IMG/VR virus record: IMGVR_UViG_3300033182_000980
Coordinates: 62,001-126,000 of that record
Length of the DNA stretch: 64,000 nt
Direction: 5' to 3' (one strand)
Both the position numbers and the translations under genes were made by a program. Positions 18,159 to 27,627 of this stretch are shown here, in pieces; the stretch's first letter is position 1; each line of letters starts with the position of its first letter. A model generated the notes under the pieces. It was given only the letters and a program-made list of their open reading frames with translations. It made no database searches and was not told the DNA's origin.

Positions 18159-18482
18159 GTGGATAACGACTCAATAGACCCTGTTGAAGTATTACAAGCA
18201 ATACTCAACAATATCGTAGCTCAGTCTGAATCTAAAGAAGACCTCATTAAGCTATGGTTTTATGTGGGTCGCATGATGGGGATAGATCGTATCTTCCCCG
18301 AAATGCAAGTGATGACTACGCCAGATGATAAGGGTGTAAATCAACCGATCCTTCTTGTCGGCACATTACATCCTCTTGTCATTGAGTATCTGACCGACCA
18401 AAAGATACTCACAGAGGACATCGCCCAGATCTGTTTAACAGAAATCAAGGAAATGGATGAGGAAGATGAGGTCTTCCACTAA
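18159..18482 (+). CDS. Hypothetical protein
   Basis: GTG start with AAGGAGG RBS. Confidence 0.75.
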   Translation: MDNDSIDPVEVLQAILNNIVAQSESKEDLIKLWFYVGRMMGIDRIFPEMQVMTTPDDKGVNQPILLVGTLHPLVIEYLTDQKILTEDIAQICLTEIKEMDEEDEVFH

Positions 18483-18904
18483 TGATGTATCGTAGAGATG
18501 GGTTGATCTTTATGACCCTAAATGATCCTCATTGGAATAACCCTAAGATCGCTAAGATCCTTCCTTATGAGAGTACAAATTGGGGTGCGTTCTCTGACCT
18601 AGTAGGGACACCTGTAGAGCGTTTAATCCCCGAAGTCTCGCATGATATACTCGACCAAGCAATGAGAGGGTTCACAACCCCTCTGATGAACCAAAACCTT
18701 AGAGAGCCTAGAGGCTGTCTAAAACTCCTTGATGTACCCAAAGATTGTGACGAAAAAGACCACTGTCTTTCGTATAACAAAGACCGATGTATCTTGGGGC
18801 ATCGTAAAATGCCAGAGTGCTTTTCACCACTCGCCACTCAATCTCTTAGACCTCTTGTTCTAGCTTGGCTAGAAGGATTCCACATAATCCGTGAAAGGGC
18901 ATGA
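18482..18904 (+). CDS. Hypothetical Cys-containing protein
   Basis: Translationally coupled (TAATG); C..C..C...C pattern. Confidence 0.7.
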   Translation: MMYRRDGLIFMTLNDPHWNNPKIAKILPYESTNWGAFSDLVGTPVERLIPEVSHDILDQAMRGFTTPLMNQNLREPRGCLKLLDVPKDCDEKDHCLSYNKDRCILGHRKMPECFSPLATQSLRPLVLAWLEGFHIIRERA

Positions 18905-19554
18905 TTATGAAATACTTTAACCACCCACCCACAATGCGTAGAGTTTATGATGACGAAGAAGCTCAAACTCAACATCGGAAAAACGCACAAGCCGATTTCT
19001 ATGGTGAGATTACGGTAAGCGACAACCACATCTACCTCTATCAAGGCATCTCTCCCAAGGCTGTTATGGAGATGGGCATCGCTATCAAGTCCATTGGTCA
19101 ACAGATCATCAACATGGTCACTGATCTTGGACTCTCCCAAGCACCTGCTATCCACCTTCACATTAACTCTGGTGGTGGGTGTGCCTTTAGTGGTCTTGCT
19201 GGAGCGAGCCATATCTTAGACTCGGACATCCCTGTGTTCACCTATGTAGAGGGTTCAGCGGCTTCTGCGGCCACGATCATGTCTTGTGTCGGGGCTAAAC
19301 GCTTCATCACAGAGCATAGCTTCATGCTCATTCACCAGATCAGCACTGGTGTATGGGGTACATACGAGAACCTAAACGATGAGAAAGAGTCTATGGACTC
19401 GCTCATGGAGATGTTGGAGTCAATCTACCTCAAGAACACCAAGATGAAGAAGAAGCAACTCAAAGAGCTTCTAAAGCGTGATCTCTGGATGAACCCTAAG
19501 AAGTGTCTTGAGCTTGGATTGGTAGACGAGATCATCAAGTACGAGCGTGTTTAA
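18901..19554 (+). CDS. clpP: ClpP-like serine protease
   Basis: IHLHINSGGG, EGSAASAATIM (catalytic Ser), SFMLIHQ (His), RDLWMNPKKCLELGLVDEI. Confidence 0.85.
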   Translation: MIMKYFNHPPTMRRVYDDEEAQTQHRKNAQADFYGEITVSDNHIYLYQGISPKAVMEMGIAIKSIGQQIINMVTDLGLSQAPAIHLHINSGGGCAFSGLAGASHILDSDIPVFTYVEGSAASAATIMSCVGAKRFITEHSFMLIHQISTGVWGTYENLNDEKESMDSLMEMLESIYLKNTKMKKKQLKELLKRDLWMNPKKCLELGLVDEIIKYERV

Positions 19555-19566
19555 TAGTTTCTTTAT
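19555..19566 (+). promoter_or_regulatory. Motif A
   Basis: TAGTTTCTTTAT upstream of 19606. Confidence 0.6.
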
Positions 19567-19605
19567 ATCACCCACATAATCAGACACTCTATTCACACTA
19601 GGAGA

Positions 19606-20145
19606 TTGATTATGTGGGATAATGATGACATCGTATTCGGGTCGTTTCAAAAGACCTCAAGCATGGACGCTGTTCTTGAGACTAAGATTTCTGATCTAAC
19701 AGATCGTGGTCGCAAGAACAAAGCTACAGCCGCCAACTTTGAAGATGGTATGCGTGTAGTGGCTCACACTAATAATGGTGTAGTCATTCCTGGTCAGCTC
19801 CCGACTGCTGGTACAAAGGGAACAGTCGTATCTGTTAAAACTGCAACAGGTGATGTGACCTCCCTTGATGGAGAGGTGTTTGTTCAGTTTGACGGACGCA
19901 ACAAGATTGATCGGATTCCAGCTAACTTTCTGCGTGTGGCAAGCATGAAGGTTGCGAGCATTGATGATCACTTCATCGTGCTAAGTGGACCTAATCTTTC
20001 AGCGAGCTTTATGAGCGTAGCAGGTGGTGAGTCAACCCTAGTGCATAAGGCGACCCAAGACCTTTGGAGCATGAAGGTGTCTGACGATGGGTCATATGAT
20101 GTAGAGCGTCTGTTTGACGACAATGGTGATCCACTTAAACTTTGA
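19606..20145 (+). CDS. Hypothetical, putative virion protein
   Basis: Preceded by TAGTTTCTTTAT and AGGAG; contains KTS/S and RVA/SMKVA/S linkers. Confidence 0.7.
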   Translation: MIMWDNDDIVFGSFQKTSSMDAVLETKISDLTDRGRKNKATAANFEDGMRVVAHTNNGVVIPGQLPTAGTKGTVVSVKTATGDVTSLDGEVFVQFDGRNKIDRIPANFLRVASMKVASIDDHFIVLSGPNLSASFMSVAGGESTLVHKATQDLWSMKVSDDGSYDVERLFDDNGDPLKL

Positions 20146-20200
20146 TTTTTAGTTATTAAATACCTCCTTTTTCCCAAACTGAACAGGAGGTATTTTTCAG

Positions 20201-20368
20201 ATGAGACTGACCTTTATATTATTATTGTGCTGTACTCTTTGCTGTAGTGAGGACTCGGCTAAACCTGTACGACTAGAAATCGAAGAGACAAATAAAGGTC
20301 GGAGAAAGAGGCACAAAGGGGATCTCCTTAACCTCTTGCATAGAGCCTCTTTGGTGAGGGTTGTTTAA
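20201..20368 (+). CDS. Small (55 aa) signal-peptide/lipoprotein-like protein not in the ORF track
   Basis: AGGAGG RBS; MRLTFILLLCCTLCCSEDS... hydrophobic N-terminus with Cys, basic C-terminus; TAA at 20366-20368. Confidence 0.55.
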   Translation: MRLTFILLLCCTLCCSEDSAKPVRLEIEETNKGRRKRHKGDLLNLLHRASLVRVV

Positions 20369-20508
20369 TAGTATTTTTATGGGTATCAAAGAATACCCCC
20401 CAACCCTCCGCTCAAAGGCTCTTAGTATGTCTCCCCATTCCTGTTCTAAATGTGGTGGTATCGTTCGTATTTTCTGCCCTATGCAGAAGAACTCTGCCCC
20501 TTGTGTAC

Positions 20509-21348
20509 CTACCCACCAAACTCGGCAAAAAGATCATCAAGATCAATCTCGTCAACATTTGTATCAATCTCCTCAAGAGGAGTCTTTACAAAGCCCTCAA
20601 TCTCATCCTCATTAGCCTTAGTGTTTGTGCCATTTAAGGGAGAGCTGTCTTTAGGTGCTTGAGCCAAAGCGACACTAAGCTCATCGTCCACAGAGATTGC
20701 TTCACGCTTAGGTTGTTCTGCTTCAACCTGTGTCATCTGGTCTGCTTGCTGGTCGATCTTCGCTTCGGCATTTTGACGCTGGGTCATAAACTGATCAACA
20801 AGTTTAGCTGTGTTGACTTCGGTGGAGATCACATTAGGGTCATCAAAGGTCTGTGAGGTGAAGGTCTTAGACCCCCATCGCTGACCAAGAGCGATCTGCT
20901 CTTGGCAGAGCTTGAGCTGATCTCGTAATCGACCTTGAAGGTCTTTAAGGTCTGTACGCTTCGCCTTGATAACCGTCATCAAGTCCTCAAGGTCATGTGA
21001 GGAAAGGGTGAGGTCATTGATCTTAGATTGGATATGAACGAGTCGGGTAGCGGCCAATGCTTCACGCTCTTTTTGAGATCGACCCGAACGCACATGGGGA
21101 TCATTAGCGATGAGCTGGGTTTGCTCGATGTTATATTCGGTCTGCTTGATCAACAGATCACGCTTGATCTTTTGGAGGTTGTGGCTGACTTCCATGAAGA
21201 TTTTTTCAGTTGATGAAAGATGCCCTCGAACTTCCGAGGTTTTGTAGTTTAACCGACTCGGTCCAAACTCAATGGGGTCTGCATCAAGCTCCACATCCAT
21301 CTCTGTTAAACGCTCATAAATGCGATCAATATACGCTTGTTCAATCAT
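20509..21348 (-). CDS. Coiled-coil hypothetical protein with acidic tail
   Basis: 279 aa, long heptad region, ends DLDDLFAEFGG. Confidence 0.75.
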   Translation of the reverse strand: MIEQAYIDRIYERLTEMDVELDADPIEFGPSRLNYKTSEVRGHLSSTEKIFMEVSHNLQKIKRDLLIKQTEYNIEQTQLIANDPHVRSGRSQKEREALAATRLVHIQSKINDLTLSSHDLEDLMTVIKAKRTDLKDLQGRLRDQLKLCQEQIALGQRWGSKTFTSQTFDDPNVISTEVNTAKLVDQFMTQRQNAEAKIDQQADQMTQVEAEQPKREAISVDDELSVALAQAPKDSSPLNGTNTKANEDEIEGFVKTPLEEIDTNVDEIDLDDLFAEFGG

Positions 21349-21692
21349 TATTTCTTATCTCCATCTAGGCTCATAAGGAGCTGACCAAAATTGTTCTTTG
21401 TGTGGCGAATAGCACTCTCACATTGTTGCCCCGATAAGATACCCGATGAGCGAGCCTGTTGGAAAGCCATGATGTTCGCTTCAAGCCCAAGTAAGTGGGT
21501 AGCCACTTTTGCGTCTTCGAGATTTAAGCCTCCCTCGACATCATTAGGCTCACCATAGTTTCCTGTTAAGGAAACGAAAACATCCCCACCACCACGAGGC
21601 ATCTTCACACATCTTGAAACCATGATCTGGGTGATCTTGGTGTTTTCCCTAATACGGCTGATCTGCTCTTTTAAATCTTTTACATCACTCAT
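21348..21692 (-). CDS. Hypothetical protein
   Basis: 114 aa, AAGGAG RBS, coupled to the downstream gene. Confidence 0.7.
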   Translation of the reverse strand: MSDVKDLKEQISRIRENTKITQIMVSRCVKMPRGGGDVFVSLTGNYGEPNDVEGGLNLEDAKVATHLLGLEANIMAFQQARSSGILSGQQCESAIRHTKNNFGQLLMSLDGDKK

Positions 21693-21749
21693 AGGGTGAG
21701 TCTCCTTTTAAGGTTGGTTGGTTCACCTACCTTTATATGAACTTACCCT

Positions 21750-22067
21750 TTAAACTCCTCTTAAGTTTACATGATGGGTGTCCACCTCATAAGAAATCAC
21801 TTGAACCCAGCTAAGGTTTGTCTCTGATAAGTAGGTTCTTATGATCTTCTCCACTTGATCAAGATCTTCTTCTATTAAGACCTTTATCCCATACCCCTGT
21901 TCCTCTGTTATCTCCTCATAAGATTTCTTGAACTGATAACCTTCTTCACTCCAATAACCGATAGTCCTGTAGAGAGTACAACCTGAGAACCTTTTGCTTA
22001 GAGCTTCACATAAGCTCTTTACATTCGTTTCATCTGTTCCAGATAGGTTGATCTCTATTAGCTTCAT
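21750..22067 (-). CDS. Hypothetical protein (possible ferredoxin-like fold)
   Basis: 105-aa ORF; GCTLYRTIGYW motif. Confidence 0.6.
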   Translation of the reverse strand: MKLIEINLSGTDETNVKSLCEALSKRFSGCTLYRTIGYWSEEGYQFKKSYEEITEEQGYGIKVLIEEDLDQVEKIIRTYLSETNLSWVQVISYEVDTHHVNLRGV

Positions 22068-22074
22068 TTTTCTC

Positions 22075-22480
22075 TAATCTCTCTCTTAGTATCTTAGAGA
22101 GATTATACCATATTTCCTCTATTTACCTAAGAGGAAATACTCTCTTTTGATACCTTATCCTTACCGATAAGGTATCTTCTATATACATATATCGTATAGA
22201 TGGATAATACGATATACTGGAAGATACAGTAAGATAAGATGATGTAGAAGCTGTAGGTTAAGATAGAGTAGAACATATAGTAGCTGAAGCTGAATGAGTT
22301 GAAGAACTACTAGTACCTGTAGGTGTACTATTAGTAGTAGATGTAGAACTTGAACTTGTAGAAGTTAAAGTTGTTGTAGTTGAAGATTTCTTAGTATTCT
22401 TTTTAACTCTAACGATACTTCGTATCTTACTATCTTTTAGAGTATACTCCTCTAAAAGATTATCTACTCTAAAGAGTATC
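22075..22480. repeat. Cluster of perfect inverted repeats in an AT-rich, strand-skewed intergenic region (candidate replication origin)
   Basis: Inverted repeats at 22075-84/22096-105, 22111-20/22130-39, 22149-59/22166-76, 22190-97/22207-14 and 22432-42/22450-60. Confidence 0.6.
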
Positions 22481-22827
22481 TAATGTAAGGATTACGAGGT
22501 AAGAGACTAGACTGATCTGGTTAAGGTATTCCCAGAATGAAACTTAACAAGTGTATTAAGTCAGTCCTTCTCCCTGGAGCATACCCAATCTCGGCTAAGA
22601 GGTTAGGGTACATATGGGCCACAGCGTATGAACAGTTAATTTTGTGTCGTTAGGTGCGTACTAGGAACTAGACTATCCCACCTAATGGTCGTTAACCATC
22701 TCCTGTCTTGATCTCACTTAAGAGGACTAGAGACTTCTCCCCAAAGGGAGGACACGAGAACCCTTATATGAAACTTACGAGGAGATGTAAAGGGTAAAAT
22801 CTATAAGGGTAAAAGAAAGGAGATTAT

Positions 22828-23415
22828 ATGCTGTTCATACATCATGGGTCGGGAGTGGAGAGAGCCTTAGCTGATCTCATGGAGGGTAAGACCCTCATCA
22901 AACCCCCCTATCAAGACCTAAAGACTGACGCTGTTAAAGAGCTAGTGGAGATGTACTCTCAAGTCTGGCCTCAAGATAACCCTCTCTTAGTAGCTGGTCC
23001 TCTTGATGAAGCGAATCCTCAAACGCTAGACATCTTGCTTAAGAGGATTGAAGAACCTTATCCCTCTGCCCCCGAACTGATCTTATGGGCTAGAGACTAT
23101 GGGTCTGTACCCGAAACCATTCGTTCAAGGTGTGGGGAGAGGTTTCATTATCAGCCCCAACCTCAACACCCACTTTATGAGGACGCTAAAACGCTCTCTA
23201 AGGCTCTTTTAGATGAAAACCTTGTCCTCGTATCAGATTGCCTCAAAAAGATCGAGAAGGGGCAATATAGAGCTTTTCTTGAAGCGTATGTGGATGTGTT
23301 AGTTGATGAGGGGTTAGTAGAGCGTTATGACGATGATCTGAAAGCAGTCCTTAAACGACCCCATGTACGCAAGGTGTGCGTATACGGCTATTTCTTAGGG
23401 TTAAAAAATGAGTAA
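22828..23415 (+). CDS. DNA polymerase III delta' (HolB)-like clamp-loader subunit, shortened
   Basis: ANPQTLDILLKRIEEP and VPETIRSRC match HolB ANALLKTLEEP and LPTIRSRC; no Walker A or zinc finger. Confidence 0.65.
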   Translation: MLFIHHGSGVERALADLMEGKTLIKPPYQDLKTDAVKELVEMYSQVWPQDNPLLVAGPLDEANPQTLDILLKRIEEPYPSAPELILWARDYGSVPETIRSRCGERFHYQPQPQHPLYEDAKTLSKALLDENLVLVSDCLKKIEKGQYRAFLEAYVDVLVDEGLVERYDDDLKAVLKRPHVRKVCVYGYFLGLKNE

Positions 23416-24340
23416 AGATGATAATGTGATGGTCTTGTACGGATCATCAAAACAATGGATTGAGCTAACAGCTAGAGACATAACGCTTGAGTATCGGGCT
23501 AATGGGTATGATGTTCGTGAGGTAGACGCTAAGACAGATGATCTCACGACAGCGTTTGAGTCGGGATTATTTGACACCGACCCGATCTTCGTAGTGCTGA
23601 CCAATCCGACTAAGGATAAGAAGCTCGATCAGCACCTAAAAGCGAGAGGGGCGAGTGAGGTCTTAGTCATTCACACGAATGATCGCTTACCGAAAGCTCT
23701 GCAAGGTTATCAGACACGCAAGCTAGATGAGCCTCAATATGAGGATCAGAAGAAAGAGTGGGCGAGCGACTGGTTGCATAAATATGCAGAGAAATATGCA
23801 AAGAAGATAGACCCTGTTCTGTGTCGTGCAGTTGTCAATCGTGTCGGGATTGATTTAGGTGCTTTGCGATGGGAAATGGTGAAGTATGTTCATGCTGTCG
23901 GGGAAGAAGAACAGATCACACCGAACATCGTGGTGAACTTGATTTCTGACTTAACAGAAGCGAGCTTCATTGATCTCTCCAATGCGATCATGGAGAGAAA
24001 CCACAAGGCTTTCATCAAGGTGTGTGAGAAGATTGAGCGTTCGTCTAAGACGGATCAGACGATGGCAGTCTGTAATGGGATCTTGTTGTCGAACTGCATC
24101 AATCTACTTGAGGTAGGTTTAAGGGTCGAAGCCAAGATGAACCTTGAGCAGATTGCAAGCGATCTGAGGAAAAATCCATATGCGATAAAAAACTTTATTG
24201 CACCCAAGATTTATTCCTTTGGAGGTGTCCATAACCTTCGTAGGCTACTGAATGTACTCTATGAGTGTGAGAACAATGTAGTCTCTGGTGGTCGAGATAG
24301 CTGGTTGAAGTTTAAGGTTGGTGTGCTTGGTATTTTGTAG
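23408..24340 (+). CDS. DNA polymerase III delta (HolA)-like clamp-loader subunit
   Basis: Size and pattern (LYG start, SGLF, GIDLGALRWEMVK, F.LSNAI, C-terminal collar) resemble HolA; adjacent to the HolB-like gene. Confidence 0.65.
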   Translation: MSKDDNVMVLYGSSKQWIELTARDITLEYRANGYDVREVDAKTDDLTTAFESGLFDTDPIFVVLTNPTKDKKLDQHLKARGASEVLVIHTNDRLPKALQGYQTRKLDEPQYEDQKKEWASDWLHKYAEKYAKKIDPVLCRAVVNRVGIDLGALRWEMVKYVHAVGEEEQITPNIVVNLISDLTEASFIDLSNAIMERNHKAFIKVCEKIERSSKTDQTMAVCNGILLSNCINLLEVGLRVEAKMNLEQIASDLRKNPYAIKNFIAPKIYSFGGVHNLRRLLNVLYECENNVVSGGRDSWLKFKVGVLGIL

Positions 24341-24440
24341 ATAATAAATACCACAAGCATAAGAGTCGCTTGGTTCTTCTTTGAGAGATCTCAAGTGCAA
24401 CTATGAGAAAAAACCGATTGAAAAAATGAAAGGAAAAGGC

Positions 24441-27101
24441 ATGGGATTCCCTTTTTCAGACCACGCATTGTCGCTATTGAACTCTTATTACATGAAAGAG
24501 TCGGACGGATCACCACAGGAAGCATTTAAGAGAGCCGCTTACGCATACACCCCCAATAAAGAGCTTGCAGAGAGAGTGTTAGGGTACGCAACCAAAGGAT
24601 GGTTCATGTTCAGTTCGCCCATACTCTCCAACGCTGAGAGTACAGGTATGCCGATTTCTTGCTTCCTCACTTATGTTCCCGACACAGTTGAAGGTCTGAT
24701 CGAACATACAGAGGAGCTACGCTGGATGAGCGTTATGGGAGGTGGTGTCGGTGGGCATTGGGATCATGTTCGCTCGGTCAGCAAAAAAGCACCTGGTCCA
24801 ATCCCTTTCCTCAAGACTGTTGACTCGGATATGGTCGCATATAGACAGGGGTCAACTCGCAAAGGTAGCTACGCCGCTTACCTAGACATTAGCCATCCCG
24901 ATGTTGTTGAGTTTATGAACCTACGCCTCCCGACTGGTGGAGATACTAACCGTAAGTGCTTCAACCTCAATAACGCCCTTAACCTCACAGATGACTTTAT
25001 GACTGCTGTGATGAATGGCGACACTTGGGATCTCATTGATCCAGCAGACCAAACCGTTAGAGACACCGTAGATGCTCGTGAGCTTTGGCAACGCATTCTT
25101 GAAGTACGCTTTCGTACAGGAGAGCCTTACCTCAACTTTATTGATGAGGCGAATAGAAATCTCCCTCAACCCCTTAAGGATAAGGGGCTAAAGATTCATG
25201 GCTCGAACCTCTGTGTCAGAGGAGATACACAAGTTCTCACTCGTGACGGTTATTTCCCGATCTCATCTTTGGTGGGTCAAGATGTTGAGGTGTGGAACGG
25301 AAAACATTGGTCGATGACCACCATTGTCCAAACAGGAGAAGATCAAGAGATCCTTGAGGTCATTCTTGACAATGGAACTACTCTTTACACGACACCTTAT
25401 CACAAGTTTTATGACCATAAGGGGGAGGTTGTAGAAGCTAAAGATTTAACTACCTCCACAAAGCTGTTGAAATTTGAGATGCCTGTGGTTGATGGTGAGG
25501 GTGATTGGGAGAACGCTTATTCTTGTGGCTTCTTCACAGGGGACGGAACATATAACCACCTCCATCAACCTGTATCTTATCTTTATGGTAAGAAGAAGGC
25601 ATTGCTTGACAGGGTATCTACACCTCTTTGTCGAGTTCGCACAGGTTCTAAGTCAAATCGCTTTTCAGTCCTCCATGACAAGTCTGAAATCAAGGCAAAG
25701 TACGAAGTGCCTCTTGGTATGTCCTTAAAGACTCGCTTAGATTGGCTTTCTGGACTCTTAGACGCAGATGGTTGCGTTGCTAGGAATGGGCTAAACCAAA
25801 GTTTACAGCTTGTGTCTACGAACCGAGAATTCCTTACTGATTTGAGTCTCATGTTAAACACACTTGGAGTTCAACCTAGAGTCTCTGATTTCATGCCTGA
25901 GAGAACGGTGGACTTTGGTTCAGAGAGGGGTGGCGAGTATCGTTGTAAGGAAGCATGGAGGGTCTTAATCAACTCTAATGACACACAAAAGTTACTTGGT
26001 TTGGGTTTGAATACTCATCGCCTAGTCTTAAAAGAGCATAAACCACAAAGGTCAGCCTCAAGGTTTGTTCGTGTCTTTAGTGTCTCTAAGTCACAAAATG
26101 CGGATACTTATTGCTTCAACGAACCAAAGAGACACATGGGAGTGTTTAATGGTGTTCTTACAGGCAACTGTAATGAGATCCACCTCCCAACAGGACCTAA
26201 TCGCTCGGCAGTCTGTTGCCTCTCTAGTCTCAATGTAGAGATGTTTGATGAGTGGAAAGACACCACCATCGTAGAGGACTTGATCGAGTTCCTAGATGAT
26301 GTTCTTCAGTATTTCATTGAGAACGCACCTCCTCAACTTGAGAAGGCGATCAAGAGTGCCGAAGCAGAACGCTCACTTGGTCTAGGAACAATGGGCTTCC
26401 ATGCCTACTTGCAAAAGAAGGGGCTACCCTTCGAGTCAGTCTTTGCTGTCTCGGCTAACCGAAAAATTTACTCGACCATTAAGGAGAGGGCAGTCGCTTC
26501 CTCTAAGCGTTTAGCAGAAATCAAGGGGGAGTATCTTGACGGTATTGGGTCGGGCATGAGGAACAGTCATCTTCTCGCCATCGCCCCTAATGCTAACTCG
26601 GCTATCATCCTTGATACAAGCCCAAGCATTGAACCGTGGAAGTCAAATGCTTTCACTCACAGGACACGAGCTGGTTCATTCTTGCAGTTCAACAAGTATC
26701 TTCAAGCTGTGCTTGAGAAGAAAGAGGGCATTGATCTTGATGAGGTGAAGCAGAGCATCATTCTCAATCAAGGGAGCGTACAGCACCTCGATTTCTTGAC
26801 CCAGCTTGAAAAGGACACATTCAAGACTGCATTTGAGATCGACCAGATGTGGATTGTGGAACACGCTTCCGTTCGTCAAGAGTGGGTGTGTCAAGGTCAG
26901 TCAGTCAACCTATTCTTCCCTGCTGGCTCGGATAAGAACTATGTCAACGCTGTTCACTTGAGTGCATGGAAGAAGAAGCTCAAGGGGTTGTACTACCTTC
27001 GCACCAACGCTGGTGTAGTTGCTGATAAGGTGAGTGAGAAGATTGAGCGTAAGGCATTAAAGGACTATGACCTTGATGAGTGCATGAGCTGTCAAGGTTA
27101 A
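24441..27101 (+). CDS. nrdA: Class Ia ribonucleotide reductase alpha subunit with intein
   Basis: FSSPILSN, PISCF, GGGVG, RKGSYAAYL, SNL|C...CNE, LAIAPNANS, QGQSVNLF, LKGLYY, C-terminal CMSCQG. Start 24441 by RBS (ORF open from 24381). Confidence 0.95.
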   Translation: MGFPFSDHALSLLNSYYMKESDGSPQEAFKRAAYAYTPNKELAERVLGYATKGWFMFSSPILSNAESTGMPISCFLTYVPDTVEGLIEHTEELRWMSVMGGGVGGHWDHVRSVSKKAPGPIPFLKTVDSDMVAYRQGSTRKGSYAAYLDISHPDVVEFMNLRLPTGGDTNRKCFNLNNALNLTDDFMTAVMNGDTWDLIDPADQTVRDTVDARELWQRILEVRFRTGEPYLNFIDEANRNLPQPLKDKGLKIHGSNLCVRGDTQVLTRDGYFPISSLVGQDVEVWNGKHWSMTTIVQTGEDQEILEVILDNGTTLYTTPYHKFYDHKGEVVEAKDLTTSTKLLKFEMPVVDGEGDWENAYSCGFFTGDGTYNHLHQPVSYLYGKKKALLDRVSTPLCRVRTGSKSNRFSVLHDKSEIKAKYEVPLGMSLKTRLDWLSGLLDADGCVARNGLNQSLQLVSTNREFLTDLSLMLNTLGVQPRVSDFMPERTVDFGSERGGEYRCKEAWRVLINSNDTQKLLGLGLNTHRLVLKEHKPQRSASRFVRVFSVSKSQNADTYCFNEPKRHMGVFNGVLTGNCNEIHLPTGPNRSAVCCLSSLNVEMFDEWKDTTIVEDLIEFLDDVLQYFIENAPPQLEKAIKSAEAERSLGLGTMGFHAYLQKKGLPFESVFAVSANRKIYSTIKERAVASSKRLAEIKGEYLDGIGSGMRNSHLLAIAPNANSAIILDTSPSIEPWKSNAFTHRTRAGSFLQFNKYLQAVLEKKEGIDLDEVKQSIILNQGSVQHLDFLTQLEKDTFKTAFEIDQMWIVEHASVRQEWVCQGQSVNLFFPAGSDKNYVNAVHLSAWKKKLKGLYYLRTNAGVVADKVSEKIERKALKDYDLDECMSCQG
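25212..26168 (+). mobile_element. Intein (319 aa) with LAGLIDADG homing endonuclease in NrdA
   Basis: CVRGDT start, TTPYHKF block B, GFFTGDG and GLLDADG motifs, ends GVLTGN followed by +1 Cys (the NLCxE catalytic Cys). Confidence 0.92.
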
Positions 27102-27613
27102 TAGTTTAGGCTAAGAACCACTCGGTCTAACAGACCATCGGTTGTGAGGTTATGGAGTCGGTGTCCTCCATCTGTTTTGATGAGCTTAACATCGCACCCC
27201 TCAAGTATATTGTCTCCATAGATACGAACGCTATCTGCAAAAGGTACGATGTCATCTGTGGGGTCATGTATGATGACCACTTGGTTTCCTTTGGGGAACA
27301 GGGTTGGCAGTCCATACTTAACACCAGCAGGTGCGAGTAAGATTGCCTTACCTTTATGGACACCATGTTGCATGAGAGCCATAGTGATCCCCCCTCCAAA
27401 GCTCGACCCGATGATGAGGTCTGGCTTGTGGGTTTCAACAGCTTCTTTAGCGATTTTGTAGCAGGTCTTGATGCAGTCTTTACGACTACGCATTAAAGAC
27501 TCTAAGGTAGCTGGCATCTGTGGAGCTACAGCACCATATTGAGTCTGACAGTACAGACCTTTAGTGCCATTTGCATCCCCCTCTAGTCCATGTAGGTACA
27601 TTACTTTTGTCAT
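27098..27613 (-). CDS. Alpha/beta hydrolase (YqiA-like esterase)
   Basis: YLHGLEG, GSSFGG nucleophile elbow, HDPTDDIVP, GGH; start MTKV at 27613. Confidence 0.8.
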   Translation of the reverse strand: MTKVMYLHGLEGDANGTKGLYCQTQYGAVAPQMPATLESLMRSRKDCIKTCYKIAKEAVETHKPDLIIGSSFGGGITMALMQHGVHKGKAILLAPAGVKYGLPTLFPKGNQVVIIHDPTDDIVPFADSVRIYGDNILEGCDVKLIKTDGGHRLHNLTTDGLLDRVVLSLNY

Positions 27614-27627
27614 TATGATTCTCCTTT

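Noticed and set aside
18901-19554. ClpP-like protein as the prohead protease behind the [KR]-x-A linkers
   Set aside because: It is not next to head genes, lacks motif A and resembles stand-alone phage ClpP; it cannot be assigned from sequence alone.
20427-20615. Small Cys-rich ORF after the motif-A copy at 20369
   Set aside because: No clear RBS and a 107-nt overlap with the convergent 20509-21348 gene; not enough support, although the promoter-like motif leaves it open.
22258-22440. Ser/Thr-rich reading frame on the minus strand
   Set aside because: No start codon or RBS, under 60 aa, and explained by low-complexity strand skew.
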